Notes under the pieces: model-generated
Databases searched by the model: none
Seen by the model: the letters and a program-made list of their open reading frames with translations, nothing else
What the model was told of the DNA's origin: nothing
NCBI GenBank assembly: GCA_964599645.1
Contig: CAZRGQ010000003.1
Span: 17,565-81,564 of the forward strand
Direction of reading: 5' to 3'
Source of the DNA: an uncultured Lentisphaerales bacterium
GTDB taxonomy: Bacteria > Verrucomicrobiota > Kiritimatiellia > RFP12 > JAAYLN01
DNA length: 64,000 nucleotides
Position numbers and translations under genes: made by a program
In this document: piece by piece, positions 9,380-18,929 of the stretch
Layout: each line of letters starts with the position of its first letter
Position numbering within the stretch: the first letter of the stretch is position 1

Positions 9380-12300
9380 GCAATATTCTGATCAAGGCAT
9401 CGGCGGGGACGGGCAAGACTTTTGCCTTGGCAACGGAGGCGATCGGGCTGCTGCTGTCGGATGAGCGGCCGCGTGAGTTTGTGGGGCTGACCTTTTCGCG
9501 GGCGGCGGCGGGGGAGATCTTCAACCGCATAGCGAACCGGCTGGCAAAGGCGGCTGCTTCGGTGGCGGGGGCGCAGGAGGAGACGAGGCATCTGCTGGCA
9601 CCGGGTGAGGCGAACGACAGTGAGCGGAGAGTGTGGGTTGAGCGGGTGTGGCAGGAGTGGGGCAAACGCGGTATGGTGGCGACGGGCGAAGGTGGCGAGC
9701 CTTATCTGGTGCCGGCGCTCTTTGCGCAGTTGTTGCGCAGTTATATCCACGAGCAGCACGTGAGCCGCATCGGCACGATCGACAGTTTTATGGCGCAGTT
9801 TGTCAATGCCTTCCCGATGGAGCTGGGGTTGGAAGGGGGGATGACGATCATGGAGCCGTATGAGATTAAACAGCAGTGGCGGGCGGCGGTGGATGGTCTC
9901 TTGCAGGAGAGCGGGGCGGGTGATGTGGCCGGGCTGTTGGATGAATTCAGCCAGGCGACGCTGCGCGAGAGCACCAAGCTCTACAGCAACAGTCTTGATC
10001 GCTTTGTAGCGGAGTCGCTCGAACTGATGCAGGCCTGGCCGCACGCCGGGCAATGGGGTGATCCCAAGACTATCTGGGGGACGGCGGGGGTACCCTACGG
10101 TACGGTCACAGGCAGTCTGGAGGAAGTGGCGGCGGAGATCGAAGAGAAAATTATTGCCTCACTGCCGGCAAATCTCGATCTGGCAAGCCCAAAGGGCTGG
10201 CCGCTGGTGGCGGAGGCGGTTCGCAACTACAATGGCAGCTACAGCACCCTGCCAACGCCGTTAAAGAATCTCTTCAGTGCGTGGGATGGTGGAGCGGCGA
10301 TCGACGAATTCAACTTTAATGGCAAGAAGCGGCAACTCACACCATCAGCAGAGGCGGTAGTGGCACGGGTGTTGGCGGTGCTGGTACGTGAGACGTTTCA
10401 GATACGTTGCAGACAGACGGCGGGTCGCTATCAGTTGATCAAGCGCATAGCTGACAATTACGATCGCGAGACGCGGCGGCGGGGGCGGCTTACTTTCGGC
10501 GACATACCGCGCCTGATTGCAGAGTTGGGGTCGGTGGAGCGGCTGAACCTCGAGTATCGTTTTGATGCACAGTTGAAGCATTGGGCGCTGGATGAGTTTC
10601 AGGATACGTCGCGCCTGCAGTGGGAGACGATCAGCAACCTGATCGATGAGGTGCGCAGTGATGAGGCACGCCGGCTCTTCATCGTGGGAGATATGAAGCA
10701 GGCGATTTATGGCTGGCGTGGTGGCGATGTCGGGATATTTAACGAAGAGGCGGAGTCGGGCTATTATCGTGAAATGGATCTGGTGCAGTCGTACCGCTAC
10801 GGCCCGCAGATTGCCGCTGTAGTCAACACGGTGTTTGATGGCGAGTCGATCGCCCGTTGGCTGGAGGGGTATGTAGTGGCGGCTGAGGGGGAGAAGTGGC
10901 GCAGCCTCTGGCGCAAACATGAGGCGGCCAGAGCGGTTGATGACTACGTGAAGGTGGAGTTGGTGGAGGCGGGCCGGTATGAGCTGGAACCGTTTGCCAC
11001 CGCGATTGCAAACGAGCTGTTGCAGGTATGCCCCTGGGAGCGCGGGATAACGACGGGAATTCTGGTGGAGCGCAACAGCGAGGGAGAAGAGCTGGTGGAG
11101 GCGTTGCGGGCGCGCGGCATTCCGGCGGTGTGGGAGGGAGAGAGTTCGATTGCCGATACGCCGGTAGTGGAGGCTTTGCTGAACCTGCTGCACTTTGCCG
11201 AACATCCGGCGGATGGTATCTGTTGGGGGCATCTCTGTGCCACACCGCTCTTTGCAAGGCCCCCCTTTGCCGCGCTCTATCAGGGGCGTAACGATGAGGT
11301 GGGCAAGAGCCGGATAGCGCGACGGGTGGTGAGCGATGTGACACGGCTGGGATTGGCGCGGACCCTGCGTGAATATGCGCTGCAACATGCGACGAGTTTT
11401 GACGACTTCACGTCGGCACGGATCGACTCGCTGGTGACGGCGGCGATCTCCTACAGCGCCCTGGCGGCGGCTGATATGACCTTAAGCGACTTCCGCGAAT
11501 ATGTGGAGAGCTTCACAGAACGTGCGGCGGCAGAGAGCACGACGGTGCGAATCTTGACGGTACACCGCTCCAAGGGGCTTGGATTTGACTATGTAATTGC
11601 CCCCTTTACCGACAGTGGCGAGATTGCGGCCGTTAGTGCGCAAGGCACCTTTGTGGCACCCGATGGCAGGTGGTTGCTCGATCGCAGACCGTCGCGTGAG
11701 ATCATACAGTATGACGACGTTTTATTGGCGGCTGACAGTGCTGAGCGCGGGCGACGGGCTTACGATGTCTTGTGTCGTTACTATGTGGCGATGACGCGTG
11801 CCAAGCGGGCGCTCTCGGTCTATCTGGGCCATAACAACGGTAAAGGCGGCACCTATGCCTTTGTCAACTATATGGCGCAACAGTTGGGCAAGTTGCCTTT
11901 TGCGGCCGGTAGTCGCAACTGGTACGCAGAGGCAAGGCGGGCGGAGGCCGTTCCGGCAGTGGTGGCAGAGAGGAGCGTGGCACGGCGGCGGCGCAAGCGG
12001 GTGGTACGTGCGACGCCGTCGTTGCAGGCGCACTCGCACGTTTCGGCGGCCATGCTCTTCCGGGGTGAAGATACAGGGGCACGGCGCGGCACTGAGATAC
12101 ACGATCTGCTGCAGCGCCTGGAGTGGCTGGATGGCAGCAGTGCAGCGCTGGAGATTGTAGCGCAGTGTGGCGAGCTGGGGGTGGACCTGGTGAGCGACTC
12201 ACCCTTGCGGCGGGCGCTGGAGCGGGTGGAGGGGGTGGTCGAGTTGTGGCGCGAACGCAGTTTTGAAGTAATGGTCGATGGCGCCTGGCTCTCGGGCATC

Positions 12301-12534
12301 TTCGATCGGGTGGTTCTGCGTCGTGATGCGAGTGGGCGTCTGAAGGGTGATATCTACGACTATAAGTCCAACCGGCGTCGGGAGGGAGAGAGTGAGGCGG
12401 GATTTGAAGCGCGGATGCGCGAGACTTACAGTGGCCAGATGCAGACCTATCGTAGAGCGCTGAGCCGCTTAACGAGTGTCGCTCCTGAGGATATCACGAC
12501 GACACTGCTGCTGACGGAGGGGGCAAGAGGATGA
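9376..12534 (+). CDS. addA: ATP-dependent helicase/nuclease subunit A (UvrD/Rep superfamily 1 helicase with C-terminal RecB nuclease)
   Basis: 1052 aa. Motif I ASAGTGKTF, motif II LDEFQDTS, GRYELEP/VHRSKGLGFDYV region, C-terminal nuclease motif (GIFDRVVL…DIYDYKSN). Confidence 0.82.
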   Translation: MSNILIKASAGTGKTFALATEAIGLLLSDERPREFVGLTFSRAAAGEIFNRIANRLAKAAASVAGAQEETRHLLAPGEANDSERRVWVERVWQEWGKRGMVATGEGGEPYLVPALFAQLLRSYIHEQHVSRIGTIDSFMAQFVNAFPMELGLEGGMTIMEPYEIKQQWRAAVDGLLQESGAGDVAGLLDEFSQATLRESTKLYSNSLDRFVAESLELMQAWPHAGQWGDPKTIWGTAGVPYGTVTGSLEEVAAEIEEKIIASLPANLDLASPKGWPLVAEAVRNYNGSYSTLPTPLKNLFSAWDGGAAIDEFNFNGKKRQLTPSAEAVVARVLAVLVRETFQIRCRQTAGRYQLIKRIADNYDRETRRRGRLTFGDIPRLIAELGSVERLNLEYRFDAQLKHWALDEFQDTSRLQWETISNLIDEVRSDEARRLFIVGDMKQAIYGWRGGDVGIFNEEAESGYYREMDLVQSYRYGPQIAAVVNTVFDGESIARWLEGYVVAAEGEKWRSLWRKHEAARAVDDYVKVELVEAGRYELEPFATAIANELLQVCPWERGITTGILVERNSEGEELVEALRARGIPAVWEGESSIADTPVVEALLNLLHFAEHPADGICWGHLCATPLFARPPFAALYQGRNDEVGKSRIARRVVSDVTRLGLARTLREYALQHATSFDDFTSARIDSLVTAAISYSALAAADMTLSDFREYVESFTERAAAESTTVRILTVHRSKGLGFDYVIAPFTDSGEIAAVSAQGTFVAPDGRWLLDRRPSREIIQYDDVLLAADSAERGRRAYDVLCRYYVAMTRAKRALSVYLGHNNGKGGTYAFVNYMAQQLGKLPFAAGSRNWYAEARRAEAVPAVVAERSVARRRRKRVVRATPSLQAHSHVSAAMLFRGEDTGARRGTEIHDLLQRLEWLDGSSAALEIVAQCGELGVDLVSDSPLRRALERVEGVVELWRERSFEVMVDGAWLSGIFDRVVLRRDASGRLKGDIYDYKSNRRREGESEAGFEARMRETYSGQMQTYRRALSRLTSVAPEDITTTLLLTEGARG

Positions 12535-12555
12535 TTGGCTGAGAAGGGCGTGTGG
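12528..12555. repeat. short dispersed repeat, copy 1 (GGATGATTGGCTGAGAAGGGCGTGTGG), overlapping the addA stop codon
   Basis: 27-bp exact match to 29025..29051 (33 bp with one mismatch when extended 5'). Confidence 0.6.
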
Positions 12556-12755
12556 GAGTGAACGCTGATCTCGCAGATAGCGCGGCTATTTTCGCCTGCT
12601 ACGTAGGCACGCTGATCGCTGAAAATAGCCGCACCGGTGCTGCGACAAATGATCCTCCGATCCCGATAGGGATACCTACCACCGTCCAAGATGCGCCTAA
12701 TGTCACAGCCCCCCCCGCCACAGCCTCAAGGCTACCGCCTGCCATTTTGGCGGCA

Positions 12756-13244
12756 CTACCAACGCATGTCAGTACATTGCCCCAGTCTATTCCGTTTCGT
12801 TCTGAACTTCGGATTAAAAAATGGCATGACCATCGCGCCATAGCCGTAAACGGGCGCGTACCCCGAGAGTTCCAGCAGACGAAAGAGGAGCGCCGCTTGG
12901 TCGAAGTCGTTGCCACTGCGTTCAAGGAGAGTCTGCTGGGCACCTTTGAGCAACCCGTAATAGGGCGTGTAGGCGATATGGTCGCGGACATGGTTGAAAA
13001 TCCGCACGGGGTCGTGTTGTAGACCGCAGGCAAGCTCCACGAGATCGGAGTCATCCGCCTGCACCGTGACAGGCGATGAAGCCGCCAGCGGCATCATCCC
13101 GCCGCCGCCATTGTGGTTTTCCTCGATGAAGCTGCCTGGCTCAACCCGTTCCGCCTGTCCGTCGAACCATCCTTCCTGCTGAGCCTGAAGGGCGAGGGCG
13201 CAAACGATGCTGCAAAGTATGGAGATAAATTGTTTTATTAGCAT
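12756..13244 (-). CDS. secreted transglutaminase-like domain protein lacking the catalytic Cys (possibly truncated or decayed)
   Basis: Signal-peptide-like N-terminus MLIKQFISILCSIVCALALQAQ. Segment SGNDFDQAALLFRLLELSGYAP resembles the transglutaminase core G-x-C-x-x-F-A-x-L-…-G-I-P-A-R but has N/D in place of Cys. The ORF stops soon after. Confidence 0.3.
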   Translation of the reverse strand: MLIKQFISILCSIVCALALQAQQEGWFDGQAERVEPGSFIEENHNGGGGMMPLAASSPVTVQADDSDLVELACGLQHDPVRIFNHVRDHIAYTPYYGLLKGAQQTLLERSGNDFDQAALLFRLLELSGYAPVYGYGAMVMPFFNPKFRTKRNRLGQCTDMRW

Positions 13245-13296
13245 CCTCTTGTACGGGAACGTGTGCCGCTCCGCTGTGAACGTGTACGGGCACCCC

Positions 13297-13566
13297 TTAC
13301 GGCGCACTCCTTACCTGCTGGATACTGGGGTTCCCCGCTGAAGAGAGGTGTCTGATGGCGGCGTCGCCTTGAACCCCGATGAAGGTGGTCGCGAGGCGTT
13401 CGTCGCCATCGTAATGGTATTGGATGGCCGTGTCGGGGAGGTTGGCGTGTGGCGGGGTGATGGGGTTGGCGAGAGAATCCTGTTCATATTTTTCCCGGTT
13501 GGTATAGCCTGTGTTATTGAAGTCAACGTAATCCTCCCATGAGTCGTAGGGTGCGAATCCGTACAA
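13297..13566 (-). pseudogene. orphan YD-repeat (Rhs-like) gene fragment
   Basis: 89-aa ORF containing a YD-repeat-like motif (QYHYDGDERLATTF) with no upstream or downstream Rhs core. Surrounded by other short broken ORFs. Confidence 0.25.
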
Positions 13567-13926
13567 GACCCGCCACTATGCGGGCAGGAAACCTATGTTG
13601 GTGGTCGGCAACCACAGCCCCTCAAATCTGGCCTGCTGCTTCTCTAAGTGCATGGCGAGGTCGCGGGGGCTTTGAAAGTCCGCCAAGGCTGTAATAGCCG
13701 ATAACACGGCAAGGCCACAGGTTAAACTTTCCTTTTTCATAACGTCGCTATGATACCCCATTCGGGGTTTCCCTGTAAATAAATGTCGCAAAGTGGCCAG
13801 TGGCCAGTTTGGAGAGAAGCGAGTTGGCCGAGGGAGGTGTAGGATGCGGCGAAGGCGGTTGGCCGCACCCAAAATTGCGGAAGATTTTGCGCTGCCACTT
13901 CACATGCGCTTCCTTTTGCACAGGTA

Positions 13927-14003
13927 GGGACGGCTCTCCGCAGCCGTCCGCGGCGGTCTCGGAGAGACACGCCCTACCTTGTGGCGACAGACCTGTCGCC
14001 ATC
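13927..14003. repeat. copy of the GC-rich intergenic repeat family (hairpin GGGACGGCT..AGCCGTCC, box CGGAGAGACACGCCCTACCTTG, hairpin TGGCGACAG..CTGTCGCCA)
   Basis: The box GGAGAG-N2-3-GCGCCCTAC(C)T is also present at 29424 and 47355. Stems read directly from sequence. Confidence 0.5.
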
Positions 14004-14151
14004 TTCATAACATCAATCATTGAGTGCCATCGTCCAATGGAGGGCGAATCGCCTGATGAGCCGCTGGCGCAAAGGTTTGCGCATGAAAAGAGGCAGAGGT
14101 GTGTGACAACTCCCGCAAAATGGGGCCGCACCGGATGGCTCGACAGCGGCG

Positions 14152-15114
14152 GTGCGGCGATTGCCCCCTGCCGCTGAACTATTGGCAGGGATGGAGCGTT
14201 ATATTATGGAGATGAGCAAGAGAACGAGAAGAGACGGCGGATCAGATGCACGCGACTTAAACGGCTTTACACTGGTGGAGCTGCTGGTGGTGGTCTTTTT
14301 CGTGGCCGTCGTGGCAGCATTGACGACCGTCAGGCTGAGCGGTGTGATGGCCGGAGCCAAGATACGGGCGGCTGAGGCCGACCTGAGCACGATTCGTGAG
14401 GCCTTTGTCGGCTCGGCGGCGCACCCCGGCTATCTGGCCGATATGGAGAATATTCCAGGGTTTTCGCCTATGTGGCTGAGGATTGATAATCTGCTGAGCC
14501 CAACCAACCTGCTGGGACGGGGGGGCGAAAAATTGGACGATATTACTCTGGCAAACCCGCGAGAGGGGTATGCCGCCTTTGAGATCTTCAAGAAGTGGAA
14601 TCACGAAGCTCAGCGCGGCTGGCGTGGACCGTACCTGCTGCAGAAGCGGCCGGTGCAGAACAACTATTATGATGACCATGGTGCCCTTAAAGAGGTGCCG
14701 CTGGTGTTGGCGGGGCTCTTTCCGGGGCCGGATCATCGGCGCAAGGGGTCGGAGGCGAGCTTTGCGGAGCGCGGCTTTTTCCCGGTAGATGAGAGTCGTC
14801 CGGACCGGTGGTATGCCTATGGTGGTGGCGGTGAGGAGGCAATGGCTGACCCGTGGGGCAATCCCTACGTCTTGCAGATACCGCCGCAGAGCGCTTTCGA
14901 GAGTCCGGTGAGTGAAGCGGAGCGCTTCAAGTATGCCCGTCTCGTTTCGGCCGGCCCCAACGGGGAGTTGGAGACACCATGTTACTACTATGGTACACTG
15001 ACAGCGAATGACCAGAGGGCGATACGGCTGGCGGGGCTGGTCGCAGGCGATACGCTGGGCAGCCGCAAGGATGATCTGGTGCTCTTTTTGAATCGAGCTG
15101 ATGTTTATGAGTAA
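14152..15114 (+). CDS. pilin/pseudopilin-like protein with prepilin-type N-terminal cleavage/methylation motif
   Basis: …DLNGFTLVELLVVVFFVAVVAAL… (G-F-T-L-x-E class III signal). True start probably an internal Met (14191-14212). Confidence 0.7.
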   Translation: MRRLPPAAELLAGMERYIMEMSKRTRRDGGSDARDLNGFTLVELLVVVFFVAVVAALTTVRLSGVMAGAKIRAAEADLSTIREAFVGSAAHPGYLADMENIPGFSPMWLRIDNLLSPTNLLGRGGEKLDDITLANPREGYAAFEIFKKWNHEAQRGWRGPYLLQKRPVQNNYYDDHGALKEVPLVLAGLFPGPDHRRKGSEASFAERGFFPVDESRPDRWYAYGGGGEEAMADPWGNPYVLQIPPQSAFESPVSEAERFKYARLVSAGPNGELETPCYYYGTLTANDQRAIRLAGLVAGDTLGSRKDDLVLFLNRADVYE

Positions 15115-16084
15115 GCTGTCATATACTAGAGGCGGCTTTACGCTGCTGGAGTTGGCGATCGTTTTGGGCTTGATTGCCATCCTGACCCATCTGGCGGTGC
15201 GTGAGACGAGCCAGTGGCGCCGCGGCCAGCTCAGCCAGCGCGCCAACCGTCAGTTGGATGAGTTGAGAGTCGCGATCATGGGGGACAATTTTGAGCGCAA
15301 CTTCGAGGGTGTGCGTATCCGTAGCGGCTTTGTGGCCGATATGGGGCGCCTGCCGCAGGCGACGAATCAGGTGGCGGGAGGGCCGCTTTCGCTGGCGGAG
15401 TTGTGGCTGCCACCAGCGGTGGCAGAGCGCTACGATGTGCGTCCGGCCATAGCGAGCAATTTAGTCGACAGCTTGAGCAGCGATGCCGATGGTGAGGTGT
15501 TTGTGGCCGGCGGCTGGCGCGGGCCTTATGTCAGGTTGCCGGCCGGGGCACATGAATTGCGCGACGCCTGGGGCAATCCCTTTACCGTGCCTGATGAGGC
15601 CGGCTACGACCAACGTCTGCGTGGGCCGGATAAAACGTTAATCAACAAGCCGGGTCAAACGATCGCGTTCATCCGCCACTTGGGAGCAGATGGCAGGTTT
15701 GGTGGTGAAGAAGAGGAGCCACTAAACGATCCCAACCGGGATGTTGAGGTTAATTTGCTGCAGGAGTCCACTAAGGTTAATGGCATCAGCAGCGTAAGGG
15801 TCGTTTTAAACGTTTACAGTAACAACGTGCCCATGTCGGTTCAAGATGTGACATTTCGCATCTATAGTCCCTTCGGCGGCAAGATAAAAGTGGCGTCCAA
15901 ACCGGGTGTGAAAGACTCCAGCGGAGAGATGAGCGCAACGTTTACCGATTTAACTTCGGGGCCACGTATGCTACGGGTGGAGTTTAAAACGTACAGTTCT
16001 ACTGAGAGTGAAAAGAGCCGGATTCGCCCGATTATGTTGCAACCTGGTGCCAACCCTACAATTTTCGAGAACGTGTACAGGTAA
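15101..16084 (+). CDS. pilin/pseudopilin-like protein (prepilin-type N-terminus)
   Basis: MFMSKLSYTRGGFTLLELAIVLGLIAILTHLAV. Confidence 0.7.
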   Translation: MFMSKLSYTRGGFTLLELAIVLGLIAILTHLAVRETSQWRRGQLSQRANRQLDELRVAIMGDNFERNFEGVRIRSGFVADMGRLPQATNQVAGGPLSLAELWLPPAVAERYDVRPAIASNLVDSLSSDADGEVFVAGGWRGPYVRLPAGAHELRDAWGNPFTVPDEAGYDQRLRGPDKTLINKPGQTIAFIRHLGADGRFGGEEEEPLNDPNRDVEVNLLQESTKVNGISSVRVVLNVYSNNVPMSVQDVTFRIYSPFGGKIKVASKPGVKDSSGEMSATFTDLTSGPRMLRVEFKTYSSTESEKSRIRPIMLQPGANPTIFENVYR

Positions 16085-17199
16085 TGAGCAGGAATTTTGA
16101 CACGATTATCGCTCTCTTGCGCGACCGGGTAGTGCTGATAAACGGCACGACGGGTGCAGCGCAGTCGTTGGCGCTGAGCGGAGCCGCGTTTACGAGTGGC
16201 GTGACGGCGTTGCTGAAGGAGGCGCGTCTGCGGCGCGGCAGCCGGGTGGTAGTGTTGGGGTACGACTTCTTTACGCAGAGCGTGCGTCTGCCGGAGTTGC
16301 AGACGGCGGGTCTGGCCGCCGACGAGCTGCGCACCTTGCTGAGTTATGAGGTTGAGCCCTTCTCGTCGCTCTCGGCAGAGCGGGGCGAGACGGCCTATCA
16401 GGCGGGTGCGGTTGAGGCGGGCTATCGCAGTTGGCAGGTGGTGCAGGTCGAGAAGGGGGTGGCGGCCGCCTTGCAGCAGGCGGTGCGTAGCGCCGGTGGG
16501 CGTCTGGTCGGGCTGGCGGCGTTGGAGAGCAGTTGGCAGGCGCAGGGCGATGCGGAGCTGGCCGCCTCTCTGCCGGCGCTGGTGGCCGGCGGCGGTCTGC
16601 CGTTGGTGGTGCCGCAGGTGCGCAAGTTTGTCTCGGGGAGTCAGGAGCTCTATGCGGTCGCGCTCTTTGTCGTGGCGGCGGGTCTCTGTTTCGGGCACTA
16701 CCTCTATGCCAAGGGGGAGTTGGCGCGACGGCAGGGGGAGTTGCAGGAGGTGCGGCGTGAGGCGGCCATCAACTCACGGCTGGCGGCGGCCAACAAGGGG
16801 TTGCGTGAGCGTATTGAGCGCGAAGGCCGGGCGCGCAAGGAGCGGGTGGTGGCGGCGGAGCGCATGCAGCGTTTCAGCAGCGCCTGGGGGGTGCTGCTGC
16901 AGGGGCTGACGCAGAGCGGTTCTGAGGCGGTGGTGATACGCGGCATCAAGAGCCGCAAGATTTTTGAGGCCGAGATCAACGGCACCTGCGCCACGGGAGG
17001 TGAGCCGGGCGACTACCTGGTGCTGCTCGGGAGTGCGATAGAGTCGGCCGGCTGGCAGATCAACAGTGTGCAGATCGGGACTCCGGTGGCGCCCGGGAGT
17101 GACGAACGACGCAACTTTGCCTTCAAGGTGACCCTGGAGTTTTCCGGTTTTGAGCGTCCTGCCGCCAGTTGGGTGTACGACGAGGAGCAACTCTGGTAG
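16084..17199 (+). CDS. GspL-like / PilM-PilN-like assembly protein (cytoplasmic domain, one TM segment, periplasmic coiled-coil domain)
   Basis: 371 aa. Central hydrophobic segment LYAVALFVVAAGLCFGHYLYA followed by a charged coiled-coil (RRQGELQEVRREAAINSRLAAANKGLRERIEREGRARKERVVAAER). Position between pilin genes and the ATPases. Assignment by architecture only. Confidence 0.4.
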   Translation: MSRNFDTIIALLRDRVVLINGTTGAAQSLALSGAAFTSGVTALLKEARLRRGSRVVVLGYDFFTQSVRLPELQTAGLAADELRTLLSYEVEPFSSLSAERGETAYQAGAVEAGYRSWQVVQVEKGVAAALQQAVRSAGGRLVGLAALESSWQAQGDAELAASLPALVAGGGLPLVVPQVRKFVSGSQELYAVALFVVAAGLCFGHYLYAKGELARRQGELQEVRREAAINSRLAAANKGLRERIEREGRARKERVVAAERMQRFSSAWGVLLQGLTQSGSEAVVIRGIKSRKIFEAEINGTCATGGEPGDYLVLLGSAIESAGWQINSVQIGTPVAPGSDERRNFAFKVTLEFSGFERPAASWVYDEEQLW

Positions 17200-17217
17200 A
17201 ATAGAGCTGTTAATGAG

Positions 17218-17790
17218 ATGAAAGAGAAGCTGAAAAAGATACCGGTTTCGCTGTTGCTGTTGCCCGGCATGATCGTGGCGGCATACCTGCTGATCTGGAG
17301 CCGTCCGGTGACGACTGCGCTCAAGAGAGTCGGAGAGGAGTTGAAGCGCAGCGGCACAGTGGAAGAGTTACAGATGCAGCGCGTGGGATTGCACAGCGAA
17401 GAGCAGCGTTTGCAGGCGAGTTATGCGGAGCTGATGGCCGAACCGGAGTTGGCTCCGGCCCCTCCGGCGCCGGCGGCGGGTTCGGCGCTGCGCCGGCTGC
17501 AGTCGATCTTCCGGCAACAGCAGATCAGGTTGGTAAGCGCTGCGGCCATGAAACCGGAACAGAGCAGCAGCGCCGGCCGCAGCGACCCGGTACACGCCTC
17601 CTTCAAGGAGATGGGGTGCAGCGCATTTGAACGCTGGCATGTGACGGTGCAGGCGTCGTACAGCGGCATCGTCGGGCTGCTGGAGAGTTGTGTCACCAGT
17701 GCGCCGCCGGTGGTGGTAGAGTCGCTCGATCTGAGTGTTGCGGGGGGTGAGCAGCAGTTGCCCTATTGGACGGTGCAGTTATGTCTGTAG
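17218..17790 (+). CDS. GspM / PilO-like inner-membrane assembly protein
   Basis: 190 aa. N-terminal TM segment (IPVSLLLLPGMIVAAYLLIW), coiled-coil, C-terminal domain. Assignment by architecture and position. Confidence 0.35.
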   Translation: MKEKLKKIPVSLLLLPGMIVAAYLLIWSRPVTTALKRVGEELKRSGTVEELQMQRVGLHSEEQRLQASYAELMAEPELAPAPPAPAAGSALRRLQSIFRQQQIRLVSAAAMKPEQSSSAGRSDPVHASFKEMGCSAFERWHVTVQASYSGIVGLLESCVTSAPPVVVESLDLSVAGGEQQLPYWTVQLCL

Positions 17791-18929
17791 CAGCAGCGAG
17801 AGAGTTTGATGCGCGAGGCTGCCTGCAGCGCCTCTTTGCACACTGTGAGAGCGTCAGGGCCTCCGATATTCATCTGAGCGCCGCGCTGGCACCGCGTTTC
17901 CGCATTCAGGGGCGTCTGGCCTCTGACAAGGCACATGCGGCGCTTGCCGCTGAAGAGATTGAGGCGTGCGGCCTGGAGCTGATAGTCGAGACGATGCCGC
18001 CGCATCAGGCCTCGCTTGAGGGGGCGCGGCAGTTGTTGTGGAATCGCGGAGCGGTCGATGGCGCGACGACTTCGGCAGACGGGCACCGTTACCGCTTCAA
18101 CGTCTACCGCGAGAATGGGGTAACCGCGGTGGCTTTGCGTCGGCTCGATGACCAGTTTCAGACGCTGGAGGAGCTGGGCCTGCCGTCGCAGTTGGTGCGC
18201 TTCAGTCAGCAGCGCGATGGCCTGGTGGTGGTGACAGGACCGACCGGCTCCGGCAAGAGCACCACGCTGGCGACTCTGATCGACCAGATCAACCGCACCC
18301 GTGATGCGCACATTATCACAATTGAAGACCCGGTTGAGTATCTCCACTATTCGCAAAAGAGTCTGGTGCGCCAGCGCCAGATCGGACGTGATGCCAGGGA
18401 TTTCAACTCGGCGCTGGTAGAGTCGCTGCGTCAGGATCCCGATGTGATCCTGGTGGGTGAGATCCGGGAGCTGGAGACGATCCGCACGGCGATTACAGCG
18501 GCCGAGACGGGGCATCTCGTCTTTACGACGCTGCATGCCGGCGACTGCGTCGGTGCCATAGAGCGGCTGGTGGCGGTCTTTCCGACGGGCGAGCAGGAGG
18601 GCATCCGGCGGCAGTTGGCGCTGGTATTACGCGGCATCTTTGCCCAGCATCTTTTGCCGCCTTTACGAGCGGGTGAGCGCAGGGTCGCCAGCAGTGAGCT
18701 GCTGCTGGTGAACGTGGCAATTGCCAACCTGATAGCGACGGCCAAGAGCGCACAGATCTACTCGGCGATCGAGACGGGGACCGGGCTGGGGATGCAGACG
18801 CTCGACCAGTCGTTGACGCAACTGGTGAGTCTGGGCAAGATCGCCGAGGAGACGGCGCTGGCGATGAGTCGCAACCCGACGCTGCTGAAGGAGCGGCTGC
18901 GCAACGGTAATGGCAGGGGGTTTGGATGA
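17766..18929 (+). CDS. pilT: PilT-like type IV pilus retraction ATPase
   Basis: 387 aa. Walker A GPTGSGKSTTLA, IITIEDPVEY Asp box, DVILVGEIRE Walker B, His box TLHAGD. PilT-specific AIRNLIRE-like motif (AIANLIATAKSAQIYSAIETG). Size typical of PilT/PilU, not of PilB/GspE. Confidence 0.82.
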   Translation: MDGAVMSVAAAREFDARGCLQRLFAHCESVRASDIHLSAALAPRFRIQGRLASDKAHAALAAEEIEACGLELIVETMPPHQASLEGARQLLWNRGAVDGATTSADGHRYRFNVYRENGVTAVALRRLDDQFQTLEELGLPSQLVRFSQQRDGLVVVTGPTGSGKSTTLATLIDQINRTRDAHIITIEDPVEYLHYSQKSLVRQRQIGRDARDFNSALVESLRQDPDVILVGEIRELETIRTAITAAETGHLVFTTLHAGDCVGAIERLVAVFPTGEQEGIRRQLALVLRGIFAQHLLPPLRAGERRVASSELLLVNVAIANLIATAKSAQIYSAIETGTGLGMQTLDQSLTQLVSLGKIAEETALAMSRNPTLLKERLRNGNGRGFG

